Under the pieces are notes generated by a model. That model worked only from the letters and a program-made list of their open reading frames with translations. It was not told the DNA's origin and ran no database searches. From the sequence record OR529409.1: a stretch of DNA of 64,000 nucleotides; one strand, written 5' to 3'. Shown here piece after piece: positions 15,946-24,834 of this stretch. Position numbers and translations under genes: made by a program. Position 1 is the first letter of the stretch, and each line of letters begins with the position of its first letter.

Positions 15946-17550
15946 ATGGATCAGTACGGTGATCGTATTATTGATGCATTAACAGCGCCTGAATTTTCAT
16001 CATTGCAACCAGAGGCTCAGTTTAAAACTTATGCCGAACAATACGGTGGTGACCTTTCTGACGACAAACGTTTTTATGAACCCCTTTATCCCGACTTCAC
16101 TGACTATAACCGTTTGCATGATACTGCTAAGGTCGATCCGGTTTACCTGAACGATTTCGATTTTTGTTTGGAAGAAGACCGAGAACGAATCGCATCTTTG
16201 ATTCGTATGGACTTCAACACCGACACATTCGAAACCGTCGCGAGATGTAGCTGTGGGCATCTGAAGGGCAACTATTTGTTGGGTCAGAAAAGATCGTGTC
16301 CCATCTGTCAATCCCTCGTAGAGAAAGTCGTAGAGACTTCCTTAGATACTAAGGTATGGGTCAGGGTTCCAGAAGGTGTAGTTGGATTTATCAGTCCGGC
16401 TTATTACAAAACCTTCTTATCGAAGATCGCGACCAATTCTCCAAAGATTGAGATCGTGACTTGGCTCATCGATCCGTCTTATCGCCGGGGAAGCCGAGCT
16501 CAGCATACTGAGTCTGGTCGTCGGATGTTGGCTGAACTCGATAAACTCGGAATAGTGCCCGGGCTTAACAGCTTTATATTGAACGCGGACAGATTCATGG
16601 AACACTTCCTTGTTGGTGAAGGAAGAGGTGCTGTGAGCATGAAGCCGGCTGATGGTAAAAAGCATTTGGATAAGTATTACGAATATCGTCATCTTATCTT
16701 CCCGCGCTATTTGTCCGTACCCAATAAACTCGCCACCATCATCGAGCAAGATGGTAAAGATAAGTACGTTTCTTCAACCCAATTGAAAACCTCGGCAATC
16801 TACCAATCTATTGCAGATACGAGAGATTCTACTGAGTTTTATAAATGTACGATTAAGGATCTTAAGGAGAACGCTGATATCGTCGGGAAGGCGATAGTTC
16901 GATTAGGTAAGCAGAACTCTGATAACTATAAGAGTCAGCTGTTTGCTAAATCGAGCCTGATACGTAAACACGTCATCGCGGGATCGTTATCTTTATCAGG
17001 CCGTGGTGTTATCACATCAACGACTGGGTTGCATGATGCCGGTGTTGCTAAGATACCTTGGATCATGGCAGTAGCTATGCTGAAGAAACACATCTTGGGC
17101 TATCTTTACCGTTTAGGGTACAGTCCACTGAAAGCTGAAAGTGTAATCAGCACAGCAGCGCACCAAGTCGTCCCGGTAATCGATCAATTCTTTACCAAGC
17201 ACGAAAAGCAAAAAGACATTGTCTGCATTTTAGGAAGAAACCCATCAATTCAGTACCTGTCAGCAAAAGCCTTCTTTATGTCGATCAACCGAGATTTAGA
17301 AGACGAGTCGATAAACTTACCAATACTCTCAGTTAAAACCTTTAATGCTGACTTCGACGGCGATACGATGTATTGCTACGTCCTCAGCGATTTGAAAGGC
17401 AAAGCCAAAGCGTATGGGTCGTTCGGTCATCAGTCCATGCTTGATGAAAACGAACCATTTACAATAAGTCGATTTGCTGATCAAACTTCAACGAATTTGA
17501 TGAACCTCAACAACATGATGAGAGGAACACCAATCAATGAATGCGGCTGA
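15946..17550 (+). CDS. Non-virion RNA polymerase beta' N-terminal/catalytic subunit (phiKZ gp55-56.1-like)
   Basis: FNADFDGD catalytic motif, Zn-finger CSCG...CPIC, GRNP motif. Uninterrupted. Confidence 0.93.
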   Translation: MDQYGDRIIDALTAPEFSSLQPEAQFKTYAEQYGGDLSDDKRFYEPLYPDFTDYNRLHDTAKVDPVYLNDFDFCLEEDRERIASLIRMDFNTDTFETVARCSCGHLKGNYLLGQKRSCPICQSLVEKVVETSLDTKVWVRVPEGVVGFISPAYYKTFLSKIATNSPKIEIVTWLIDPSYRRGSRAQHTESGRRMLAELDKLGIVPGLNSFILNADRFMEHFLVGEGRGAVSMKPADGKKHLDKYYEYRHLIFPRYLSVPNKLATIIEQDGKDKYVSSTQLKTSAIYQSIADTRDSTEFYKCTIKDLKENADIVGKAIVRLGKQNSDNYKSQLFAKSSLIRKHVIAGSLSLSGRGVITSTTGLHDAGVAKIPWIMAVAMLKKHILGYLYRLGYSPLKAESVISTAAHQVVPVIDQFFTKHEKQKDIVCILGRNPSIQYLSAKAFFMSINRDLEDESINLPILSVKTFNADFDGDTMYCYVLSDLKGKAKAYGSFGHQSMLDENEPFTISRFADQTSTNLMNLNNMMRGTPINECG

Positions 17551-18172
17551 CGCGTTTAGCTTTAGTTGTGCCGGCGCTATTGACGAAGGTCGAATGCGTC
17601 AGTATGCCGGCTATGTCCAAATGAATTTTGATAACGTGAAAGGCATGGGAGGTTGGCTGGCGAAAGAAGCAGAAAAAACGTTAGACCGATTTTCTAACTT
17701 CATGAATTCCAGGGCGTGGGAGTTATCCAAAATCCTAACGGGGAATGGCGATGGTGAATACGTAGGTCGATTCGACATCGGTTATTTAGGTTCCCTCAAC
17801 GCTCAACAGCAAGCCCAGGGGTTCATGCGGGATTACATCATGGCTAACCCATTGGTTATGCAGATGTATCTGGATGGAGGATTGGAAGGCTACGGTGGTG
17901 AGTTCTCCCCGTTCTGTAATGCCGTTGGTAAGAACAACGTTTTCTATCGTAACGCCACCCATGGTATAGTACAAACTGAAACTAAAGACGACGTTCAGAA
18001 AACTTGGTTCAGTCACTTTGGTGATGTGCCGGGCACAGGAATGTCCTTTAGGGAACAAGCAGACATCATGAGAACTTGGAAAGCGACCAATCACCTGATA
18101 GGTTCTCAGCTCTTTGATATGACCTCACCATCGAATAAAAAGATGAATGAGGATAACGAAGAGGAAACATAA
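17537..18172 (+). CDS. Conserved phiKZ-like hypothetical protein
   Basis: 211-aa ORF with GAGG SD, overlapping the RNAP stop. Confidence 0.7.
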   Translation: MNAADAFSFSCAGAIDEGRMRQYAGYVQMNFDNVKGMGGWLAKEAEKTLDRFSNFMNSRAWELSKILTGNGDGEYVGRFDIGYLGSLNAQQQAQGFMRDYIMANPLVMQMYLDGGLEGYGGEFSPFCNAVGKNNVFYRNATHGIVQTETKDDVQKTWFSHFGDVPGTGMSFREQADIMRTWKATNHLIGSQLFDMTSPSNKKMNEDNEEET

Positions 18173-18180
18173 ACATTTTT

Positions 18181-18204
18181 TGGGGGAGGAAACTCCCCCA
18201 TTTA
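18181..18204 (+). terminator. Terminator-like hairpin
   Basis: TGGGGGAG-GAAA-CTCCCCCA right after the stop at 18172. Confidence 0.6.
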
Positions 18205-18221
18205 ACATCGAGAGTAAACTT

Positions 18222-18584
18222 ATGAATAGCGAACAAACCAAACCCATGCATAGTGTTTTTATGCAAATCATCAGTTCCGAAGAAATCGGTAATTTGAAGA
18301 ATGCTGTTCGGAATACCGAATTCCTTTTAGCCGAGTTAGGCGAATCGGAAGACGGCAAACCACTGGATCCATCCAATCTGATCTTTATCGTAACTGATAT
18401 GTCTTTTGACGAGCACGGAAACCTGATGGGACGAGTAACCCCCACCGGTCCGTATAAGGATAAGGGCCGGGAATGGATCTCCACTAAAAAATATAAAACA
18501 CCTATTTTTAAGTTTATTCCGAGAGTGGCCACGAATAACCGCAACTGGACCTTCATCAATAAACTTGACGTGGTGGTCAAATAA
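18222..18584 (+). CDS. Hypothetical protein
   Basis: ORF 18147-18584. Start moved to ATG 18222, downstream of the hairpin. Confidence 0.6.
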   Translation: MNSEQTKPMHSVFMQIISSEEIGNLKNAVRNTEFLLAELGESEDGKPLDPSNLIFIVTDMSFDEHGNLMGRVTPTGPYKDKGREWISTKKYKTPIFKFIPRVATNNRNWTFINKLDVVVK

Positions 18585-18946
18585 TGGAAAGCGCACGGGA
18601 TTATACAGCGAAGATCAAATGGCCTTTTGTTGTTGTGTTTAATCTCAATGATGGTCCGGAGGAAACTTCCTCCGTGATCATTAAAACCAGGATCCCTTCT
18701 GGTGGATATAAGGAATTCCACATCTACTTAAAAGATTTAGTCGACCGTGCTCGTTTAAACGTTCGAGGGTCAATCTCGGATAAAGAAATCCTTGCCGATA
18801 TCAGCGAGTATTTTATTTCGTCTGTCGCTTCTAAATCAGCGGATAAGAAAACCTTGGCTGAAGCTTGTCGGTCGGTTTTAGAAGGTAGTGTGTTTAATCG
18901 TAAGATATTCGTTCCCTTTTATGGGCTCAGGCCTAGGGAAGAATAA
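18584..18946 (+). CDS. Hypothetical protein
   Basis: 120 aa; TAATG coupling with the previous gene. Confidence 0.65.
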   Translation: MESARDYTAKIKWPFVVVFNLNDGPEETSSVIIKTRIPSGGYKEFHIYLKDLVDRARLNVRGSISDKEILADISEYFISSVASKSADKKTLAEACRSVLEGSVFNRKIFVPFYGLRPREE

Positions 18947-18957
18947 TTGACATGCAG

Positions 18958-18992
18958 ATAATTATACATCGATATTATCATGGTGTATAAAC
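18958..18992 (+). promoter_or_regulatory. Putative early promoter
   Basis: Second copy of ATAATT-N6-CGATATTAT-N3-GGT-N2-ATAAAC. Confidence 0.65.
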
Positions 18993-19023
18993 AAATGAAT
19001 ATTTTATTTATAAGGAATCTATT

Positions 19024-19149
19024 ATGTCAATCATCGCCTCTATCGCCATCGTTGTTATTATCACCGCAGTAGTTTACGTGCTCACCAAAGATGCCGTGGA
19101 AGAAATCTTCCCGGTGCGTAAAGAAATGGCTGTTCGTAACAAACGTTAA
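19024..19149 (+). CDS. Small single-pass membrane protein (41 aa), below the ORF-track cutoff
   Basis: MSIIASIAIVVIITAVVYVLTKDAVEEIFPVRKEMAVRNKR. TAAGGA SD, own promoter motif and downstream hairpin. Confidence 0.75.
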   Translation: MSIIASIAIVVIITAVVYVLTKDAVEEIFPVRKEMAVRNKR

Positions 19150-19159
19150 TTTATTGTTA

Positions 19160-19181
19160 CTCCCCTCCGAAAGGAGGGGAG
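19160..19181 (+). terminator. Terminator-like hairpin
   Basis: CTCCCCTCC-GAAA-GGAGGGGAG after the 41-aa ORF. Confidence 0.65.
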
Positions 19182-19207
19182 CCTAACCGCGATTATTTTT
19201 TTTTTTC

Positions 19208-19615
19208 ATGAGGTTCATGATGACCGGATTTTGCGTTGCAACAATGTCGACGTTGGGCTTTATAGCCGATGACGTTAAACTCGCTATGGACAGACATCTC
19301 ACTTATTGGTTTGCATCCAGACGCGATCAAAATAAGTTAATAGGTGAAGTCGATTCCTTTGAATATCTTCTGATGACCTACCAAGGTAATCGGAGCGCTT
19401 TGGTCAGTAATGTCGAAAGCTCACTCAGGACTTACTTCCAGCAGATTTTCAGTACCGTAGAAGTTCAAGTGTCCGATTCCGATATGCCGGGTGAAACAGA
19501 AAACTTTACACTGGTCATGGCGCTTAGGGTGACACACGAAGGCGTCCCTTATGACCTTCAAAATGCCGTTATCGTATCCGGCGCTTCTTATACTCTTCTT
19601 CCGAGAGGTAACTAA
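19208..19615 (+). CDS. Conserved phiKZ-like hypothetical protein
   Basis: 135-aa ORF; the start may be one of the next ATGs. Confidence 0.65.
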   Translation: MRFMMTGFCVATMSTLGFIADDVKLAMDRHLTYWFASRRDQNKLIGEVDSFEYLLMTYQGNRSALVSNVESSLRTYFQQIFSTVEVQVSDSDMPGETENFTLVMALRVTHEGVPYDLQNAVIVSGASYTLLPRGN

Positions 19616-19617
19616 CA

Positions 19618-20379
19618 ATGTCCGACAAAATGCCATCCGAACACTACGCGCTTAAATTCTTAGAGGGCGGTGTCCCTAAAGTTATCAATGGTAAACGCTA
19701 CCTGGAAATGAACGGCGAACTGGTGAACGTCGCTACTTCACTTTCAGAGGCGACCTTCGTCAGAGATTGGCTTCTCGGATTCTCGTTAGGTTATGTCGGC
19801 GAGAAGTCTTATTTTGATTTTGCACGGTGGATGGAAATTAGTAACGAAGGACGCTCGGCTGTTATCGTCCATGATAACGAAGACGAAAATAAACCTATCT
19901 TTGTTGTTCCTCCTCTGACCGATACGAAAATGACGGCTCAGGAAATGGAAGTTCTTCAGGTAGCCGCTGGCGTGATGAGCAATGCTTATGGCGCGCAATT
20001 CGGCGGATCGACCAGCAGAAGTACCGAAATACTTTTACAGGGCCTGTCCATTATCCAAAAGGGTCTGCAGTCTGGCGAATACACCATAACCGATCTCGTC
20101 CCACCCTTCATCTATGAAAAATACTCGATCAATCCTCGAGTATTTAAAAAGATGATGCATTGTAAAAATACCTTTGGGTTGGATACCAATGATGAGAGCT
20201 GGAAAGTATTAGAAGCTTGCTTCAGGGTCATCGACGAAGGTAAAGTGTTAAAACAACAACAGTACGACTTCTTAATGGCGATCACGCAAAATACAGCAAT
20301 CGTCCCCGATCAATGTAAACCTGACAGTAAAAATAAACAGGAAGATCAATTTACAGAGATCAACCCATTTGAGTGTTAA
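19618..20379 (+). CDS. Conserved phiKZ-like hypothetical protein
   Basis: 253-aa ORF with GAGG SD. Confidence 0.7.
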   Translation: MSDKMPSEHYALKFLEGGVPKVINGKRYLEMNGELVNVATSLSEATFVRDWLLGFSLGYVGEKSYFDFARWMEISNEGRSAVIVHDNEDENKPIFVVPPLTDTKMTAQEMEVLQVAAGVMSNAYGAQFGGSTSRSTEILLQGLSIIQKGLQSGEYTITDLVPPFIYEKYSINPRVFKKMMHCKNTFGLDTNDESWKVLEACFRVIDEGKVLKQQQYDFLMAITQNTAIVPDQCKPDSKNKQEDQFTEINPFEC

Positions 20380-21512
20380 GCATGATTAATTCCCCCAAGA
20401 AAATTAGGATGTTGTGGTCAAGTGATCATCACACACTTCATGAAGGCACCCCCACAGTTCACATCTTAAGTAACCTGGGGGAATTCTTTTATAAGTACAA
20501 CTCCCTGGCAGAAACCGACATCGTTGTTTTTGGCGGTGATTTTTTTCATAAGCTAGTCGATGCTTCTAACAGCTCGATGCGTTTATGTGAATATTGGATT
20601 AATAAATTTTTAATCCGGTGTGCTGAAAATAACGTTGTGGTGAGAGTGCTGGAAGGGACGAGTTCTCACGACTGGGAACAACCGGAAATATTCCAAATAT
20701 TGAGCCCGGATAACCTTGATTTAAAATGGGTTAAAGAGCTGAGTATTGAACGCATTGAAAAACTGGATATGACCGTGCTTTACGTTCCGGATAACATGGG
20801 GGGTAAGAAGCCCGAGGTTATTTGGGATGAGGTCATCGATCTTCTAACTAAGCATAACCTGGAGAAGGTAGATTTTATCTTTTTCCACGGATCGTTTAAA
20901 TACCAATTAGACGAACGTTTCAGTAAACACAGTCACGATGAAAAATTGTGGTCGACGATTGTTAACTATTATATCTTTGCCGGGCACATCCACAAACCTT
21001 CAGAATGTGGGCCGATTAGATGTTCGGGATCCTTCGATAGAACGGGTCATTCGGAGGAGCATCCTAAGGGCGGATATATCGTTGATTACTTCCCAGAAGA
21101 TAAGAAGTGCACCGCCACCTTTTATGAGAATAAAAAGGCGCTGCCTTATATCACCCTGAGAATTACACCGGAAACAACAACAGAAGAACTAAATGATAAG
21201 CTTGGGTTCCTAATGGATAAGCGATACCCCAAAGCCAGTCATTTTTGGATTAGAGGAGGGAATCCTCTCGTCGTTAATCCGATCATTCAGTTCTTCAAAC
21301 AACAATATCCTCAGTATGACTTTAAGAAAGAAAACGTTGTTACTCATGAAGCAGTAATTGACGATGAGCTTTATACTGAAGATCTTTATTCTGGTATAAC
21401 GTTAACGAAAGATAACATCATCCCTTCTCTAATGGGCTATTTGAATAAGAAGATTTTGTTAGTGGATGAAGAGTTAGATTCCCTAACAAAAACAATGGAG
21501 GAGTTTATCTAA
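20373..21512 (+). CDS. sbcD: SbcD/Mre11-like metallophosphoesterase nuclease (phiKZ gp65-like)
   Basis: Calcineurin-like motifs SDHH, GGDFFH, GTSSHD, FHG and AGHIH. Confidence 0.88.
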   Translation: MLSMINSPKKIRMLWSSDHHTLHEGTPTVHILSNLGEFFYKYNSLAETDIVVFGGDFFHKLVDASNSSMRLCEYWINKFLIRCAENNVVVRVLEGTSSHDWEQPEIFQILSPDNLDLKWVKELSIERIEKLDMTVLYVPDNMGGKKPEVIWDEVIDLLTKHNLEKVDFIFFHGSFKYQLDERFSKHSHDEKLWSTIVNYYIFAGHIHKPSECGPIRCSGSFDRTGHSEEHPKGGYIVDYFPEDKKCTATFYENKKALPYITLRITPETTTEELNDKLGFLMDKRYPKASHFWIRGGNPLVVNPIIQFFKQQYPQYDFKKENVVTHEAVIDDELYTEDLYSGITLTKDNIIPSLMGYLNKKILLVDEELDSLTKTMEEFI

Positions 21513-22312
21513 TGAGGGCGTTAGGGGCGTTAAATATCTCGGTAGGGACGTCTTTAGCATTCGAAGGGGCGGCTAAAATACAGTTGCTCCAATCGGACTC
21601 CTTACTTATCAATCTACGGACGATAGCACGTAATGCCAGGGAGGCTTACGATAAAGATGATTCCGACGGAAAGGATGTCGATCTTCTTACAGCAGCGGCA
21701 AGCGATGATTTGATAGGTCTCATTAAAACCGTTCAGGGATGGATGGGACAAAAAACGATCAATCTTATCGTTTATCTTCCTTCTTACAGATCGCTCCCTA
21801 AGATTTTTAAAAGGGCGAATCTCTGGGAACCGACGACGGATATCCAGAAAGAAAAAGATAGACTTGATACCGCCGTACTGAATAATTTAAAAAAACGGTT
21901 CGGGGCTAATATTAAGGAAACGGACGTCAACCTTCCTGAATTTATAGGGAATGGTTTGATTTTAACGCATCACCCCATTGATCTTGTAATGACAGGAAGT
22001 GGAACAAGGTTGCGTTTAATCGAATCCTATACTGGGACTTTGAAAGGACATTCTCAGTGGTACACAAAATTTTCCGGTGGGGAAAAACTGTTTAACATTC
22101 CCCTAAACAAATTAACCATTCAGATATTCGGGGATGGACCGGTTAATTTTAAATCGGAAAAAAGTCATAAACTTAAAGACCTAATAAAAGATATCGCTAT
22201 TAAAGGTAAATGGACCTCGGTAACGACTCTGGACGCAGTGAGATCTAGTATCAATGTCCACGCTAAAGGATTTGACCGAGATGGGTTATTAATACTTTTA
22301 AACGGCGGGTAG
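21512..22312 (+). CDS. Conserved phiKZ-like protein (gp66-like by synteny)
   Basis: 266 aa; TAATG coupling to the nuclease gene. Confidence 0.7.
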   Translation: MRALGALNISVGTSLAFEGAAKIQLLQSDSLLINLRTIARNAREAYDKDDSDGKDVDLLTAAASDDLIGLIKTVQGWMGQKTINLIVYLPSYRSLPKIFKRANLWEPTTDIQKEKDRLDTAVLNNLKKRFGANIKETDVNLPEFIGNGLILTHHPIDLVMTGSGTRLRLIESYTGTLKGHSQWYTKFSGGEKLFNIPLNKLTIQIFGDGPVNFKSEKSHKLKDLIKDIAIKGKWTSVTTLDAVRSSINVHAKGFDRDGLLILLNGG

Positions 22313-22352
22313 CTTTATATTAGCACAAACCCAATTTCAAAGGATTTACGTC

Positions 22353-23096
22353 ATGAGTGATTTCAACAACGGTAACAATGGTAACTCCCGTCCCAAAACT
22401 CCACTGAACGATTATCGTTACCCGCACCCTAAAACCAAAGAACCTCTTCCGGGCGGCAAATACCCTGCGCAAGCGTACTGGGAACTGACCGCCGCTGGTA
22501 AGGTCGTTTTCAAAGTACAAGACGGTGTGTTCGGCGGCGGCGATAACGCGTACAAGAAAAAAGAAATTGAAATGATCGCGTTCGAGCGCAATGCCATCTT
22601 CCAGCTTCTGAGAGAAGCAGCGACCGATCCCAATTTCACCAAATCCCAATACACTGTTCGTGATCGCCAATTCATTCGTGAAGGTGGTCAGGCTAAGATG
22701 TCCGACAACCCGATGACCATCGGTGTGTTTACCGTCATCCGCGATTCGAACGGTGTTGTTCAGCTCGGATTCAGCAAGTCTGATTTCAAAGCTTTGTTCG
22801 TTTTCGACAATGCCCGCGAATCCACCCTGGTCGATTTTGTCGACGGCGAATTCAAACCGGCTCACGCTCGCATGAGTCGTCTGTATGTCCTCGGTTATCT
22901 TTCGGCCGTGGAAGGCTGGCTGAACGCTGCTGAGTTCTCTCGCTACCAACCGCCTAAACCGAAAAATGGTGGTAACGGTGGCGGCGGTGGCTGGAACAAC
23001 AATAACGGTGGCAACCGCGGTAATGGCGGCGGTAACAGCTGGGGCGGTGGTGGCAACGCACCGGCCGATGACTTCGCGGAAGACATTCCGTTCTAA
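22353..23096 (+). CDS. chmC: Nucleus-associated nucleic-acid-binding protein, ChmC-like (phiKZ gp67 position)
   Basis: Directly upstream of the gp68-like gene. G/N-rich low-complexity C-terminus ending in DDFAEDIPF. Name is from synteny. Confidence 0.65.
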   Translation: MSDFNNGNNGNSRPKTPLNDYRYPHPKTKEPLPGGKYPAQAYWELTAAGKVVFKVQDGVFGGGDNAYKKKEIEMIAFERNAIFQLLREAATDPNFTKSQYTVRDRQFIREGGQAKMSDNPMTIGVFTVIRDSNGVVQLGFSKSDFKALFVFDNARESTLVDFVDGEFKPAHARMSRLYVLGYLSAVEGWLNAAEFSRYQPPKPKNGGNGGGGGWNNNNGGNRGNGGGNSWGGGGNAPADDFAEDIPF

Positions 23097-23110
23097 ACAC
23101 AAAGATACTC

Positions 23111-23136
23111 TCTCCTACTCCCTAGGGAGTAGGAGA
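23111..23136. terminator. Perfect 26-nt palindrome (CTCCTAC family), terminator-like
   Basis: TCTCCTACTCCCTAGGGAGTAGGAGA. Confidence 0.75.
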
Positions 23137-23163
23137 TTACTTTTCGTTATAATTTTTTAGCAC

Positions 23164-23183
23164 TATATTATTTACTGGTAAAC
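23164..23183 (+). promoter_or_regulatory. Putative early promoter
   Basis: TATATTATTTACTGGTAAAC, a partial match to the 13733/18958 motif. Confidence 0.45.
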
Positions 23184-23214
23184 CCCGGCTATAAAAATTA
23201 TTGGGAGTAATAAC

Positions 23215-24801
23215 GTGGAATTTAAACTCAGTTTAAAACAGAGTGGGAAAAGTCCATTTGCTGGAGTTATTGCGCAATATGGCGAAAGCATTATCGAGTT
23301 CAAAGGCAGTGGCAGATTAAATTGTGGTACGATTTACGATGATCTTTTCTTTTCTTTTAACGAATACGTCGGGCATTTAGAAGAAAAGAATAAGGCCCGT
23401 TTATGGGAACTAATGGTTGCGGGTAAGACCATTTTGGATCCTTCTTATTTCGACATTGATAACGTCGACGAAGAACTGATGTTGAACAACCGGGATTATA
23501 ATTTCCTCGTTAAGAAACTCAAGCCCATCGTCGCTGAAATCTTCGATGTGTTGAAAATGAAGAACTACGAGTACTTCATGGAACAGTCCGGGTATATCGA
23601 TCCACCTAAAGATCTTACCTCGATGTCTGGTCTTGGAGAGTATCCGGCCGAGACAACTATCACCGCCGAAGATTATCGTAATCTGGCGGCGTTGGTTTTA
23701 GGTTTACGCGGTCCACTCCCCATCATCACCGAGATGATTTATAAAGTCGAGAGCATCGCTGGTAAAGCATATAAGGAAGTCGTAGCTGGAGATCTGATAA
23801 ACGATATCGAGTGGGTCAAGCAACACGTCGGCTGGAATCGTTTAAACGAGTATATCTCTTTTACTTATAGTGCGAAGGGAAGGGGACCTAATGGGCTGAG
23901 AATAGATATCGTCAGTGACGATCGGTTCACTACTCATGTCGTCTATAAGGCGTTGTTCGGGCGTTTATGTTTAAGTCACGTGCCCAGCAAAGATCCACGA
24001 AAGAATTTGGTTAAATCGCTTTATTCCATCGTCAACCAATCCGACAAAGTTCCTAGTAGTGTAAGGGAAAAGAAAGGAGGGGGTAAAGACGAGAGTAATG
24101 ATAGAAGGAGTTCTTACGAGATCTATCAGTTGCGAGAAGAAGTGAACGCAACCGATGAAGCGGCTGTGGCCGAGTTCTTTACTTTCGGTATGTTTGATGA
24201 AGATGACAATCCGATTTATAAAGATCGATTCGTACATCAGTGTAACGGTTTGAACATAGCTGATCCTAACAAAGCAGAAATTCTACATGATCTTCTGCCG
24301 GATAACTGGGATTATGAACCGAGACAGCATATCGTTAAATTGTGTCAGATGGCTTTCTCTGACGACATTCCTTTTAACATTTATTATGCGTTGGATTATC
24401 ATCAATTGATGTCGGCCATTGTTTTGGCTCAGTTAAAGCTACATCAAATGGGATATCCTCACCTCGCGGTATTGTTAACGTCAGTTGAGGATCCTGAAGG
24501 TGAGCGAATCAACGCAGACGTAATCTTCTCTTTAAACCAAACAGAACGTCAACGTATCGAATCGTTATGTGATGTAGTTAAAGGAGACGGGGCCACATCA
24601 ACTAATAACGAAGCAGTATCAGCGGCACTTGAGTTCTTTAAGGAACTCGGTAACAGTGCTTGGCAGTCAACCATAGAGCTTGGTCTTATCGATGACGATA
24701 AAGCTTTAGAAAGTGCACCACGCGGTTTTTTATACGAAGTCAATTTGGATATTCAGATTAAAGAAGAGTTCATTCGTCTTTATGAAGAAATCAACAGTTA
24801 A
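23215..24801 (+). CDS. Non-virion RNAP promoter-specificity (sigma-like) subunit, phiKZ gp68-like
   Basis: 528 aa, GTG start with GGAG SD. Conserved position between the ChmC-like and PicA-like genes. Confidence 0.7.
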   Translation: MEFKLSLKQSGKSPFAGVIAQYGESIIEFKGSGRLNCGTIYDDLFFSFNEYVGHLEEKNKARLWELMVAGKTILDPSYFDIDNVDEELMLNNRDYNFLVKKLKPIVAEIFDVLKMKNYEYFMEQSGYIDPPKDLTSMSGLGEYPAETTITAEDYRNLAALVLGLRGPLPIITEMIYKVESIAGKAYKEVVAGDLINDIEWVKQHVGWNRLNEYISFTYSAKGRGPNGLRIDIVSDDRFTTHVVYKALFGRLCLSHVPSKDPRKNLVKSLYSIVNQSDKVPSSVREKKGGGKDESNDRRSSYEIYQLREEVNATDEAAVAEFFTFGMFDEDDNPIYKDRFVHQCNGLNIADPNKAEILHDLLPDNWDYEPRQHIVKLCQMAFSDDIPFNIYYALDYHQLMSAIVLAQLKLHQMGYPHLAVLLTSVEDPEGERINADVIFSLNQTERQRIESLCDVVKGDGATSTNNEAVSAALEFFKELGNSAWQSTIELGLIDDDKALESAPRGFLYEVNLDIQIKEEFIRLYEEINS

Positions 24802-24834
24802 CATCCCCCATTAATCTTTTTAGGAATAATCATC

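Noticed and set aside
18947-18980. Sigma70 promoter starting at TTGACA
   Set aside because: No acceptable -10 hexamer at 16-18 nt spacing. The phage-type motif explains the region better.
21512-22312. 5'-nuclease (FEN/PolA-like) assignment for the gene after sbcD
   Set aside because: The acidic metal-binding motifs (EADD, SxDxD) could not be found, so it was left as conserved hypothetical.
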